From assembly GCA_963822945.1 (NCBI GenBank), contig CAWGJO010000026.1:64001-128000 (forward strand): 64,000 nt of DNA. The letters run 5' to 3'. Shown here in pieces: positions 38,443-49,379 of this stretch (position 1 is the first letter of the stretch; each line of letters begins with the position of its first letter). The position numbers and the translations under genes are program-made. The DNA comes from an uncultured Gemmatimonadaceae bacterium (GTDB taxonomy: Bacteria > Gemmatimonadota > Gemmatimonadetes > Gemmatimonadales > Gemmatimonadaceae). The notes under the pieces are model-generated. The model was not told where the DNA came from, searched no databases, and was given only the letters and a program-made list of their open reading frames with translations.

Positions 38443-40962
38443 TCACGCCGAGGGCCGCGGTGCGGCGGGCGTACAGTGTACCACGGCCGTGGCCGGGGCG
38501 AGCCCCGGGGCCGCGGCCTGCACGTGCAGATCGCCCGCCGTCTTCGTGGCCTGCACGATCGCCACGGCGAGCCCGTTGAATACCCGCCGCACCGTGCCCT
38601 TGTCGGCGCCGTGATCGCTGGGGTCGCCATTGCCGAGCCCGATCAGCCGGCCGTTACCCGACAGCGTGAATTCGATCTCGTCGTTTGCCACCGGCACCGT
38701 GCGCCCCTGCGCGTCCACCACCCGCACCTCCACCACGGACACGTCCTCGCCGTCGGCGTCGATTGCCGGGCGGTCCGGCGCGAGCACGATCCGCGCCGGC
38801 GCCCCGGTGGTCTCGCGCGTGTCGGTGGCCAGCAGCTTCCCGTTCCGGTAGCCGCGCGCCTCCAGCGTTCCCGGCTGGTAGGCGACGCGCCACTCGAGAT
38901 GCGTGTTGGGCTTCACGGCCTGCCGGCCCAGGGAGCGGCCGTTCAGGAACAGTTCCACCTGCTCGGCGTTGCTGTGCACCCAGACGCGGATCTCCTGGCC
39001 TTCCATGCCGGGCCAGTTCCAGTGCGGAAAGAGATGCACCACGGGCGTCGTGCCCCACCACGCCTGGTAGTAATAAAAGTTGTCCTTGGGAAAGCCGCAG
39101 GTGTCCATGATGCCGAAGTGCGAGTTGATGCACGGCCAACCGTAGGGCGTCGGCTCGCCCCGGTAGTCGAAGCCGGTCCACACGAAGCCGCCGGCCAGGA
39201 AGGGGCGCGCCGCGTAGGTGGTCCACCAGCTTTCCGCCGTCGTGGCCCAGGGCGGGAACTGCGTGTCGTACGCTTCCACGTAGCCGCGCGTCTTGTCGTT
39301 GGCATAGATGCCGCGGGTGGAGACCGTGCTGGCCGTTTCCGTGCCCATCGACCAGCTGTTTGGGAAATTCCGTATGGAAGGCGTCGATGCGCGTCCCGTC
39401 GCCGTAGTTGAAGCCCTGCACGTCGACCACGGCCGACAGCCCCTTGCCCCATGACCCGTTCATCGCCTCGGTGATGGGCCGCGAGGGATCGAGCCGGCGG
39501 GCCAGCCGCTTCATGCTCGCCGCGATGCGCGCGCCCTCATCGGTGCCCTGCAGCGGCTCCTCGTTGCCGATCGACCAGCAGAACACGCTCGGCGTGATTG
39601 CGGTCGCGGCGGATCAGGCGTTCGAACTGGCTCAGTCCCTCGGGGCTCGACGAGAACATGCGCGTCTCGTCGAGCACGAGCATGCCCAGCCGGTCGCAGG
39701 CGTCGAGCAGCTCGGGAGTGGGCGGGTTGTGCGACGTGCGATAGGCGTTGCATCCCATCGCCTTGAGGCGCGCGATGCGGTAGTACTGCAGGCGGTCGGG
39801 AAGGGCCGACCCCACCCCGGCGTGATCCTGATGGTTGCACGTGCCCCTGAGTTCCACGTGCTCGCCGTTGAGGAAGAAGCCGCGATCCGCGTCGAACTGC
39901 ATGGTGCGCACGCCGAACGTCGTCTCGTAGTCGTCCACCGGGGTGCCGGCCACCTCGATGGTGGTGACGAGGCGGTAGAGGTGCGGCGACTCGATGGACC
40001 AGCGTACGGCATTCGGGATCGTCGTCGTCTGATCGACCGTCGCGCGCCCCCGGGCGGGCACCCGCACGCCGCCGGTCACGGCGCTGGCGCGCGTCGTGCC
40101 CGGCGTCGTCGACGACGCGCGACACCACTCGGCAGACGGTATCGCCGTCGCTGTCGTTGGCCACCGTGGTCTGGAGGCGCAGCCGGGCGCCGGCGCCATG
40201 GGACTCGGAGGTCACGTACGTGCCCCACTGCGGCACGTGCACGGGCGCCGTCTTCACCAGCCAGACGTGCCGGTAGATCCCGGCGCCCTCGTAGAACCAT
40301 CCCTCGTTCTCGGTGGCGTCCACGCGCACCACGAGCACGTTGTCGCCGCCGTAGTGCGCGAAGTCGGTGATGTCCACGCGGAAGGGCGCGTACCCGCTGA
40401 CCGCCGTGGTGAGGTACACGTCGTTGAGCGTGACGATGCAGTTGCGGTACACCCCGTCGAATTCGAGCGCGAGTCGGCGGCCGGCGTCGGCGGCGGGAAT
40501 CGTGAACGTCTTGCGGTACCAGCCGATGCTGGTGGCCGGGTAGTCGCGGCCGACGGGCTTGAAGCCGTGTGAGGTGAGCGCGGGATCATCGACGAACGGA
40601 AGTTCGACCACCCAGTCGTGGGGGAGATCGACCGCGGTCCACGTGCTGGCGTCGAAGTCGGGGCGCGCGGGCTTGAAGAAGTAGCCCGTCTTGGCGAACA
40701 CGCCGTCGTTCCCGTGTCCGAAGCCGAAGTCCTGCGCGGGGTCGTCCGCGTGGCCCGGATGGAAGCGCCAGTCGAAGTCGAGCAGCAGGCGGTCGCGGAG
40801 ACGTGTCGCGGCGGGCAGCGTGGCGAGGTCCGGGCTCGATGCGTCGCCGGGATCGCCCCCAAGGGCGGACAGGGGAAAGCCCTGGGCCGTGCCCGGCAGC
40901 ATCGCCGCGCCGGCGGCGAGCAGTCCGCTCTTCAGCATGTCACGTCGTGACCAGATGCGCAT
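38443..40962 (-). CDS. TAT-exported GH2 beta-galactosidase, three frameshifts
   Basis: SRRDMLK twin-arginine signal; [65 protein letters not shown]; frame changes near 40100, 39594 and 39350. Confidence 0.9.
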
Positions 40963-41167
40963 GTTCGTCTCCGCGTACGATCGTTTCGGCGTCGGATGCG
41001 TTAAGTTGCAGGCACGGGCGCGGAGCGCGCCCGTGATCCGGTATTCGGAATCTCTGCCTGAACCATCCGACCCGCCAGTGAGGTCGCGGCCGCGTGAGCG
41101 GACGCGGGTGCGCGACCGGCGGCAGCGCGCTGCCCACCCCCCGGCCGGTGGCGCCACGAGGAGAGCG

Positions 41168-41993
41168 ATGATCATCGATTGTCACGTCCACCTCAACAAC
41201 TACCACGATCAGATCGCGGTCTCGCTCGACGAGAGCCTCGACAAACTGCAGCACGCGATGGAGGAGGCCGGGGTCGATCATTCCATCGTGCTCACCAGCT
41301 ACGTGGTGAACCCCAATCGGCCGAGCACCGCCGAAGTGGTGCGTGCCGTGTCGAAGGTGAAGAACCTGAGCGTGGTGGCGGGCATCAGCTACACGCACTA
41401 CAAGGAACGCGACCTGCGCCAGATGGCCGACTTCCTCAAGGATCGCCTGGTCGTGGGCCTCAAGCTCTACCCGGGCTACGAGCCGTTCTACCCGCACGAT
41501 CAGCGGCTGCGCGTGGTGTACGATCTGGCCGAGGAATTCGACGTGCCGGTGATGATCCACAGCGGCGACACGTACAGCCCGAAGGGCAAGTTGAAGTACT
41601 CGCACCCGCTGGAAGTGGACGAGGTGGCGGTCGACTACCCCAACGTGAAGCTCGTGATCTGCCACCTCGGGCAATCCGTGGCTCACCGACTGCATGGAGG
41701 TGGTGTACAAGAACAAGAACGTGTACACCGACTTCTCCGGCCTCGTACTCGGCGAGTTCACCGAAGCGTTCGAAGACTTCATGGAACGGCAGATCGAGGA
41801 CGCCATTCTCTATGCAGGCGAGCCCAACTATCTGCTCTACGGCACCGACTGGCCCATCTGTTCGATGAAGTCGTACGTGGAATTCGTGAAGCAACTGAAG
41901 ATGAGCGACGAGCAGAAGCACCAGATCATGTACGAGAATGCTCGGCGCCTGTTCCGACTGCCGCTGCCGGCGCGCGACGCGCCGTCGGTCTGA
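41168..41993 (+). CDS. Amidohydrolase_2 family metal-dependent hydrolase, frameshifted
   Basis: MIIDCHVH, GLKLYPGY, PVMIHSG, CHLG(NPW), YTDFSG, LYGTDWP, YENARRLF; extra G near 41670. Confidence 0.88.
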
Positions 41994-42013
41994 CTTCCTC
42001 CCCCCGGAGGCCT

Positions 42014-42724
42014 ATGATCCGTGTGCGAGAGATCCGGACGGCGAAGGATCCCGCGTTCGCCAAGGCGCACGCGCTGTTGCGCCGCATCTTTCCGCGGTCC
42101 GAGATGATGCCGCGGCGCGCCTGGGTGCAGGTGCTCCGGGAGCGCGAGCAGGGACTCTGGACCGACCTCAACTGGCATCTGTTCGTGGCCCAGCGCGACG
42201 GCGTCGTGATCGGCGCCGCCAGCGGGTCGTATCTCGGCAACGTCAACGTGGGCGTGATCGGGTATGTCGCGGTGGATGCCGAAGCCCGCGCCGCGGGGCT
42301 CGGGCCCCGGCTCCGCCGCGCCCTCGTGCGGGCGTTCACGCGCGACGCCCGGGACGTGAACGGCACCTCGTTGCGGGCCGTGGTGGGCGAGGTGCACGCC
42401 GACAACCCCTGGCTGCGCGTCCTCGTGAGCCGCCACCACGCGCTGGCGCTCGATTTTCCGTACTACCAGCCGGCGCTCCACCGCACCGAGAAGGGCGTGC
42501 CGCTGGTGATGTACTACGAGCCCATCGGCGCGCGCCGCCGCTGGCTCGCCGCGGGCGAGGTCCGCCGGCTGTTGTATACCATGTGGCGCCGGGCCTACCG
42601 CGTACCGAGCCCGCTCCGAGACCCCAACTTCCGCCGCATGCTCCGCGCGCTCGACGGCCGGCGGCGCATCGGGCCCCGCGCGATGCTGCCACGCACGCAC
42701 CGGACCCGCCACTCGATCAGCTGA
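42014..42724 (+). CDS. GNAT family N-acetyltransferase
   Basis: GGAGG RBS; IGYVAVDAEARAAGLGPRL acetyl-CoA motif A; LDFPYYQPAL. Confidence 0.75.
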   Translation: MIRVREIRTAKDPAFAKAHALLRRIFPRSEMMPRRAWVQVLREREQGLWTDLNWHLFVAQRDGVVIGAASGSYLGNVNVGVIGYVAVDAEARAAGLGPRLRRALVRAFTRDARDVNGTSLRAVVGEVHADNPWLRVLVSRHHALALDFPYYQPALHRTEKGVPLVMYYEPIGARRRWLAAGEVRRLLYTMWRRAYRVPSPLRDPNFRRMLRALDGRRRIGPRAMLPRTHRTRHSIS

Positions 42725-42772
42725 GCCGCGGGCACGTCCCGGGCGAAACACCGTGAACGCTTCGGAGGGAAG

Positions 42773-43801
42773 ATGGATGGTGTGCTAAAGCAGGTTGGTC
42801 CGTATCTCATCGTGCTCGGCTTTGCGGTCACGGGTGTGATCGTGGCGTACGTCGTGCGCCGCGTCGTGTTCCCGCAACTTCGGCGCGCCGCGGCACATAC
42901 GACGAGCACGGCTGACGACAAGGCCCTTGCGGCCCTCGAAAAGCCGGTGCTGCTGTGGGGCGCCCTGCTGGGCGCGCACATCGGCATCGGCACCGTCCCG
43001 AGCTTCGCCGCAGCGGCACACGGGGTGCAGATGACGGTGCAGGTCATCCTGCTGGCGTCCGCCACGTGGACGCTGGGCACCATCGCCGGCGATTTCGTCA
43101 GCTCGCGGACCGCGGACGCCGAACTGCCGTCGGCCAACCTGATCTCGTACCTCGCGCGTGCCGTGGTGATGCTGGTCGGCGCGCTCGTACTGCTCCAGAC
43201 GCTCGATATCAAGATCACCGCCATCCTCACCACGTTGGGCGTCGGCGGCTTGGCGGTGGGCCTGGCGCTGCAGGACACCCTCGCCAACCTGTTCGCCGGG
43301 ATCCAGCTCCTCCTCTCCAAGCAGGTGCGCGTGGGAGACTTCATCCGCCTGAGCAGCGGCGAGGAAGGCTTCGTCACCGACATCACGTGGCGATACACGA
43401 CCATCCGCCAGCTGCCCAACAACTACACCATCGTCCCCAACGCCAAGCTCTCCAGCGCGGTCACGTCCAACTTCACGATGCCCGACCCCGAACAGTCGAT
43501 CCTCGTGCAGGTCGGCGTGTCGTACGATTCGGATCTGGAGATGGTGGAACGCGTGACGATCGAGGTGGCGCGGGAGATCCAGCGCACCGTGGAGGGCGCC
43601 GTCCAGACGCACGAGCCGTTCACGCGCTATCACACCTTCGGCGACTCGAGCATCAACTTCTCGGTCATCCTGCGCGGACACGAGTACACGGCGCAGTACC
43701 TGATCAAGCACGAATTCATCAAGGCCCTGCACGCGCGCTACAAGAAGGAAGGCATCGAGATCCCGTTCCCGATCCGCACCGTGTACATGAAGCAGACCTA
43801 G
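42773..43801 (+). CDS. mscS: Small-conductance mechanosensitive channel (MscS family)
   Basis: LGVGGLAVGLALQDTLANLFAG, VRVGDFI, DITWRYTTI, VPNAKL, VGVSYDSDL, GIEIPFP. Confidence 0.92.
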   Translation: MDGVLKQVGPYLIVLGFAVTGVIVAYVVRRVVFPQLRRAAAHTTSTADDKALAALEKPVLLWGALLGAHIGIGTVPSFAAAAHGVQMTVQVILLASATWTLGTIAGDFVSSRTADAELPSANLISYLARAVVMLVGALVLLQTLDIKITAILTTLGVGGLAVGLALQDTLANLFAGIQLLLSKQVRVGDFIRLSSGEEGFVTDITWRYTTIRQLPNNYTIVPNAKLSSAVTSNFTMPDPEQSILVQVGVSYDSDLEMVERVTIEVAREIQRTVEGAVQTHEPFTRYHTFGDSSINFSVILRGHEYTAQYLIKHEFIKALHARYKKEGIEIPFPIRTVYMKQT

Positions 43802-43812
43802 ACGGCCGCCGG

Positions 43813-46063
43813 TCAGCCGCCCGCGCCGCTGGAGGCGCCGGCGGCCAGCCAGCGGAGCAGCTGGATCACGGCCGCAGGATCGGGGAGCCGGTAGTCGGCC
43901 GCCGAGGCCGTGGTGGCCACGCTGGGCGAGACGTGGATCGAGCGCCCGATGCCGCGCAGCGACAAAAAGGCGTCCTCGTCGGTCACGTCGTCGCCGATGT
44001 ACAGGGCGCGTGTGCGCGACGGCCAGTCGGCGCCGTGCCGCTGCATCAGCACGTAGAGCACCGCCTGCCCCTTGTGCCAATCCAGGGGTGGGCGTCCCTC
44101 GACCACCATCTTGCCGTGCGTCACGCGCAGGCGCAGCCGGCGGAAGATCTGCTCGGCCCGCCGCTCGACATCCGCGCGCTCCTCGGGATCCACCTGGCGC
44201 ACGTGATACGATACGGTGGCCGCCTTGCGTTCCACGTGCGCGCCGCGTACGTCCAGCGCTTCCAGCCGCCGCGCCGCGTTGTCCATGGCCGAGCGATAGT
44301 GATCCAGCCCTTCGTGCCGCAGCGAAACGCCCGGCCCGTCGATCTGGAACCCGTGATCGCCCACGTACGTGATGCCGGGGATGCCGACCCGCTTGCGCAC
44401 GTCGTCCAGCGACCGGCCCGACACGATCACCACGTCCAGCGCCGGGTTGCGCGCCGCCTGGACCAGCGCCGCGCGGGCGCGCGGCGACAGACGGGCGTCT
44501 TCGGGGCGGGCCACGATCGGCGTCAGCGTCCCGTCGTAGTCCAGAAACACCACCGCCGCCGGCCGTCCCGACAGCCAGGGCGTGAGGCGGCGCCGCACAT
44601 GGTCCACGGGCGACGCCTGCGGCGCCTGGCGCCCCACGGCGCGGTCGGCCGCCGTGAGGAAGCTCCGCACCCAGGCGTGCACGTCGTGCGTGCGCACGCG
44701 GTCGCGGAGCGCCGACATGCGGGCCTGCCGCTCGTCGGGCTGCATCGACAGCGCGCGGTTGAGCGCCGACGCCACGGCGTCGATGTCGAACGGGTTGACC
44801 ACCAGGGCTTCCTGCAACTCCTCCGCCGCGCCGGCCATCTCCGAGAGCACGAGCACGCCGCTCAGCGTCACCTGCGCCATGACGTACTCCTTGGCCACCA
44901 GGTTCATGCCGTCTCGCAGCGGGGTGACCATGGCCACGTCCGCCGCGCGATACAGCGGGATCAGCTCCTCGGCGCGGCAGCGAGCGGACCAGGTAGCGGA
45001 TCGGCGACCATCCGGCTTCGGAGAAGCGCCCGTTGATCCGGCCCACCGCCTCGTCGATCTGCCGCTTGAGCTGCGAGTACTCGGCCACGCGCTCGCGGCT
45101 CGGCACCAGGAGTTGCGTGAACTGGATGTGGCGGCGGTACTCCGGCCACCGCTCGAGCAGCCGTTCCACCGCCAGCAGCCGTTCGTAGATGCCCTTGGTG
45201 TAGTCCAGCCGGTCGACGGCCAGGATCTCCCGCGCCCGATCGCCGTGCCGGGCGCGCGGGCCCGACGCCTCGGCCACCGACGCGACGTAGTCCGCGTCGA
45301 TGCTGATCGGATCGACGACGGCCGTGACCGTGCGCCCTTCGTATTCCACCTGACGCGCGTCGCGGTCCACGTTGCAGCCGAGCAGCCGCGCAGCCGCGTT
45401 CAGGAAGTGATCCGCGTAGCTGTCCACCTGGAAGCCAACCACGTCGGCGCCGAGCATCCCGCGCAGCAGCCGCCGCGACCAGGGCAGCACGCGGAACACG
45501 TCGGTGGCGGGGAAGGGGATGTGCAGAAACGACGCGATCCGCGCCTCGGGCACGAGCTGCCGCAGGTGGTGCGGCATCCGCAGCAACTGGTAGTCCTGCA
45601 CCCAGACCAGTTCGCCCGCCCGGGCGAACGACGCCGCCCGCTCGGCGAACCGCTTGTTGACCGCGTCGTACACGCGCCACCAGTTGGCCTCGATGCGCGT
45701 GCTGCCGACGAAATAATGGAACAGCGGCCACAGCGTGCGGTTGGAAAACCCCGCGTAGTATTGCGTGACCTCGTGCGCGGACAACGGCAATGCTTCGTAC
45801 CGCACGTTGCGGTCCTTCGGAAACACCACGTCGTCGCTCTGGGCCAGCTCCTCGCGCCCGATGCCGGGCCAGCCGATCCACACGCCCCCGCGCTCCCGGA
45901 GCACCGGGGAGAGCGCGCTCACCAGGCCACCCGGCGAACGCCGGAAGGTCACCCGTCCCCCCTTCCGCTCGGCCTGGAAGGGTAGCCGGTTGCTGACGAC
46001 GACCAACCGCTCTGAAACGGCCGCCGCCCCTCCGCGTGTCTTGGTTCGGGGTGCGCGATCCAT
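43813..46063 (-). CDS. otsAB: Bifunctional trehalose-6-phosphate synthase/phosphatase (OtsA-OtsB fusion), frameshifted
   Basis: VVSNRLP, GGLVSAL, WIGWPG, QDYQL, FLHIPFP, VDRLDYTKG, DGMNLVAKEY; HAD motifs FLDYDGTL and IGDDVTDEDAF; frameshift near 44972; start uncertain. Confidence 0.9.
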
Positions 46064-46203
46064 GTCGTGCAAACTAACCAACTTACGAGCTCACGGAAAC
46101 ATGAACCGACGACTACAACGAATCCGGTACACGGGTAGACACCCGACACCGTGAAGTGAGAACTCCTATGGCCATACGCACCCAGCCCCACTAGGATGCC
46201 GAC

Positions 46204-46569
46204 ATGATGTGGACGCGCACGCGCCGGTTGACGGCGTTGATGACATCGGTGCTCACCCTGCAGCTGGCGACGGCCGGGGCCGGGGCCGCGTGTGCGTGCC
46301 CCCCGCCACAGGGCGCCTCCCAGTCGGCCATGGATGCGATGGCAATGCCCGGGGGACACCAGTCCGCGCCGGCGCCCGCCATGCCCTGTCACCACGGGGC
46401 TTCCATGCCGGGGTGCGCGATGATGTCCGCCTGCTCCGCGCCGGCGTTGGCCGCCGTGCCCGTCGTCGCCGCGGCCGCGCCGCGTCCGGCTGTGCTGCCC
46501 ATGGTGCGCCGCGCGGCCGAGATGGCCAGCCTCTCGCTGCCGCCTGAACTCCCGCCGCCACGCGGCTGA
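46204..46569 (+). CDS. Small exported Cys/His/Met-rich protein with C-terminal PPELPPPRG (CutF/DUF2946-like leader)
   Basis: Signal-peptide-like N-terminus; CAC, MDAMAM, MPCHHGASMPGCAMMSAC; proline-rich end; first ORF of the cusCBA-like operon. Confidence 0.75.
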   Translation: MMWTRTRRLTALMTSVLTLQLATAGAGAACACPPPQGASQSAMDAMAMPGGHQSAPAPAMPCHHGASMPGCAMMSACSAPALAAVPVVAAAAPRPAVLPMVRRAAEMASLSLPPELPPPRG

Positions 46570-46667
46570 TCCACCACCGGTGATCTGACAGCCGCCCCGG
46601 CGCACGCGCGCCGCGGGCTCGTGGTGGACGCGCAGGGACCGCAGGTCCCGCGCCCTCTGGAGACCAG
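46570..46667 (+). promoter_or_regulatory. Structured intergenic spacer between leader ORF and TolC gene
   Basis: TCCACCAC (46570-77) pairs with GTGGTGGA (46621-28); GCGCAGGGACC-gca-GGTCCCGCGC (46630-53); CTGG-aga-CCAG (46657-67) covers the GGAG SD. Confidence 0.5.
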
Positions 46668-46671
46668 CAAC

Positions 46672-48018
46672 ATGCATTCGACATCGCGGCGCCCCGGGCG
46701 CCGCCTGAGCAGGGTGTGCCGCGCGCTCGCGGCCGTCCCGGCGCTTGCCCTCGCCGCAGGCGTCGTCGAGGGCCAGACGCCGGCGGCGCCGACGCCCGGT
46801 CTGCGCCTCGCCGACGTGTACCAGGAAGTCCTCGCGCACAATCCCCGGATCGGCGCCGCACGTTCGGTGGCCGACGCCGCCGACGCGATGGTCCGGTCGG
46901 CGTCGCTGCCCCCCGATCCCCAACTGCAATTCGGGCTCATGAACTACGGGCTGCCCAGTTTCCGGCCCATGGCCCCGCTGGGCATGATGCAGCTCCAGGT
47001 GATGCAGATGGTGCCGTTGCCCGGCAAGCTCTCGCTCGCTGGTGCGGCCGCGCGCGCCAATCGCGATGCCGCGCGCGAGCAATCCGACGGCGTGGCCTGG
47101 GGGGCGCGCCGTGACGCCGCCGCGGCGTTCTACGATCTCTATCAGACCGATCAGCAACTGGCCGTGGCGCGCCGGACCCTCGCCTTGCTCGGCGACATCC
47201 AGCAGACGGCCCAGGCCATGTACCGGGTGGGTCGCGCCAGCCAGGCCGACGTGCTGCGGGCGCAGGTGGAACTGGCGCGCATGACCGAGGACACGCTGCG
47301 TCTCACGGCCAGACGCACGGCCGGCGCCGCCCGGTTGGACGCCGTGCTCGATCGCGATGCCGGCGACAGTGCGGACTCGCCCGTACTTCCGGCATTCCCC
47401 GCCGTGGCCCCGGCGCGCGACTCGCTCATCCAACTCGCGGAACGCGACCGCCCGTCGGTGCGCGCGCAGTCCGATGCGGTCACGGCCGCGGAGCGGCAAC
47501 GCGACCTCGCGGCGCGCAACCGGTGGCCCGACCTGGCCGTGGGCGTATCGGTGGGTCAGCGGACCGCCGGCGGCGCCATGCGCATGGGCAGCCTCATGGT
47601 CGGGGCCGCGATCCCCGTGTTCGCGGGCTCACGCCAGAATCGCGCCGTCCAGTCGGCATCCGCCATCCAGGCGGCGCGGGCCGCCGACCTGCGTGCCGCG
47701 CGGGCCGACACGCGTGCCGACGTGATCGAGGCGTACGCCGACCTCACGCGCGCCCGGCGCCTCACCGCGCTCTACCGGTTCACCGTGCTCCCGCAGGCCG
47801 AGGCCGCCGCAACGTCGGCGCTCGCCAGCTATCGCGTGGGCGGCGTGGACTTCATGACGGTCCTCGATGATCGCATGACGGTGGACCGCTACGCGCGGGC
47901 GCTGCACGCGCTCGAATCCGACGAAGGGAATGCCTGGGCCCGGCTCGAAGCGCTGGTCGCGCGCCCGCTCATCAACGCCAACTCGACGGCCGCGCTCGCG
48001 TCCGGAGGTGTCCAATGA
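46672..48018 (+). CDS. TolC family outer-membrane efflux protein (CusC role)
   Basis: Signal peptide; AHNPRI, LPPDPQL, QMVPLPGKL, YRVGRASQADVLRAQVE, YRVGGVDFMTVLD; ATGA overlap with the next gene. Confidence 0.88.
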   Translation: MHSTSRRPGRRLSRVCRALAAVPALALAAGVVEGQTPAAPTPGLRLADVYQEVLAHNPRIGAARSVADAADAMVRSASLPPDPQLQFGLMNYGLPSFRPMAPLGMMQLQVMQMVPLPGKLSLAGAAARANRDAAREQSDGVAWGARRDAAAAFYDLYQTDQQLAVARRTLALLGDIQQTAQAMYRVGRASQADVLRAQVELARMTEDTLRLTARRTAGAARLDAVLDRDAGDSADSPVLPAFPAVAPARDSLIQLAERDRPSVRAQSDAVTAAERQRDLAARNRWPDLAVGVSVGQRTAGGAMRMGSLMVGAAIPVFAGSRQNRAVQSASAIQAARAADLRAARADTRADVIEAYADLTRARRLTALYRFTVLPQAEAAATSALASYRVGGVDFMTVLDDRMTVDRYARALHALESDEGNAWARLEALVARPLINANSTAALASGGVQ

Positions 48019-49370
48019 CCGATATTCTGCAGCCGCGTGCGTCGCGCCGCGGGGCGATCCTCCGCTGGAGCGGCAGCGCGGCCGTCGTCGTCAGCGCCGC
48101 CATCGCGGCATACGCGCTCGGCCGTCATCCGGCACCGCAGGCGGCGCCCATGGCGATGTCGGCCGATTCCACGGCGGTGGCCGGTCGCCAGACGGTCATG
48201 CTCTCACCCGCCGAGGCCCATCGCATCGGGGTGACGTATGCGCCCGTGGTCCGGGGGCCGGTGGTGCGCGAGGTGCGGACGGTGGGCCAGGTGTCGTACG
48301 ACGAGGAGTCCGTCACCGCGATTGCGCCGAAGCTCGACGGGTGGGTGGACTCACTCTTCGTGAACTACACCGGGCAGTCCGTGACGCGTGGCGCGCCCCT
48401 GCTCACCATCTACGCGCCCATGGCGGTTGCCGCCGAGGAGGAACTCGTGCTCGCGCACCACCTGCGCGACCGTGTGGCCCAGGGCACCGCCGATGCGCGG
48501 AGCGGCGCCGACGATCTGCTGGCCGGCGCGCGGCGCCGGCTCGCGTACTGGGACATTCCGGCGGCCGACATCGCGCAGATCGAATCCACGGGCGTCGTCC
48601 GCAAGACGCTCACGCTGCGGGCGCCGGTCACCGGGGTCGTCGTACAGAAGGCCGTGGTGGCCGGGCAGCGCATCATGGCGGGGCAGACGCTCTACCAGAT
48701 CGTCGATCTGCGCACCGTCTGGGTGCAGGGCGAGGTCTTCGAACGCGACCTCCCCGCCGTCCGGCTGGGGCAATCCGTGAACGCCACCTTCGAGGCGCTG
48801 CCGGGTACGGTGCGCACCGGGCGCATCACCTTCATCGACCCGGTCATCAATCCCGATACCCGCACCGCGCGGGTGCGCGTGGCGCTGGCCAATCGCGACC
48901 TGGCGCTGAAGCCCGGGATGTACGCCACGCTGACGGCGCAGGCACACGAAGCCGAGGACGCGCTCAGCATTCCGCGCAATGCCGTGCTCTCAACGGGCGA
49001 GCGCAACGTCGTGTTCGTGAAACGCGCCGACGGCATGCTGGAGCCCCGCGAGATCACCCTCGGCATGGCCGGCGAACATCGGGTGACCGTGCTTCGCGGG
49101 CTCGCGATGGGCGATACGGTCGTCGCGTCGGCCACCTTCCTCGTGGACGCGGAGTCGAACCTGGCCGAGGCGATGGGCGGCATGGGTGGCATGCCGGGCA
49201 TGGACATGGCGATGCCGGCACAGCAGACCGCCGCGCCCGCCAGGTCCGACACGGCGGGCGCGATGCCGGGAATGACGATGCCCGCACCGGTCAAGCACGA
49301 CACGATGCCGGACATGCCGGGCATGCCCGGCATGAAATCCCCCAGGCCCGCCGCCGGCGGCCACCGCTAG
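48015..49370 (+). CDS. cusB: CusB-type heavy-metal RND periplasmic adaptor with Met-rich tail
   Basis: DGWVDSLFVNYTG, LTIYAP, VWVQGEVFE, TRTARVRV, LKPGMYA, FLVDAESNL; C-terminal MGGMPGMDM...MPGMPGM. Confidence 0.9.
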   Translation: MTDILQPRASRRGAILRWSGSAAVVVSAAIAAYALGRHPAPQAAPMAMSADSTAVAGRQTVMLSPAEAHRIGVTYAPVVRGPVVREVRTVGQVSYDEESVTAIAPKLDGWVDSLFVNYTGQSVTRGAPLLTIYAPMAVAAEEELVLAHHLRDRVAQGTADARSGADDLLAGARRRLAYWDIPAADIAQIESTGVVRKTLTLRAPVTGVVVQKAVVAGQRIMAGQTLYQIVDLRTVWVQGEVFERDLPAVRLGQSVNATFEALPGTVRTGRITFIDPVINPDTRTARVRVALANRDLALKPGMYATLTAQAHEAEDALSIPRNAVLSTGERNVVFVKRADGMLEPREITLGMAGEHRVTVLRGLAMGDTVVASATFLVDAESNLAEAMGGMGGMPGMDMAMPAQQTAAPARSDTAGAMPGMTMPAPVKHDTMPDMPGMPGMKSPRPAAGGHR

Positions 49371-49379
49371 GAGACGACC

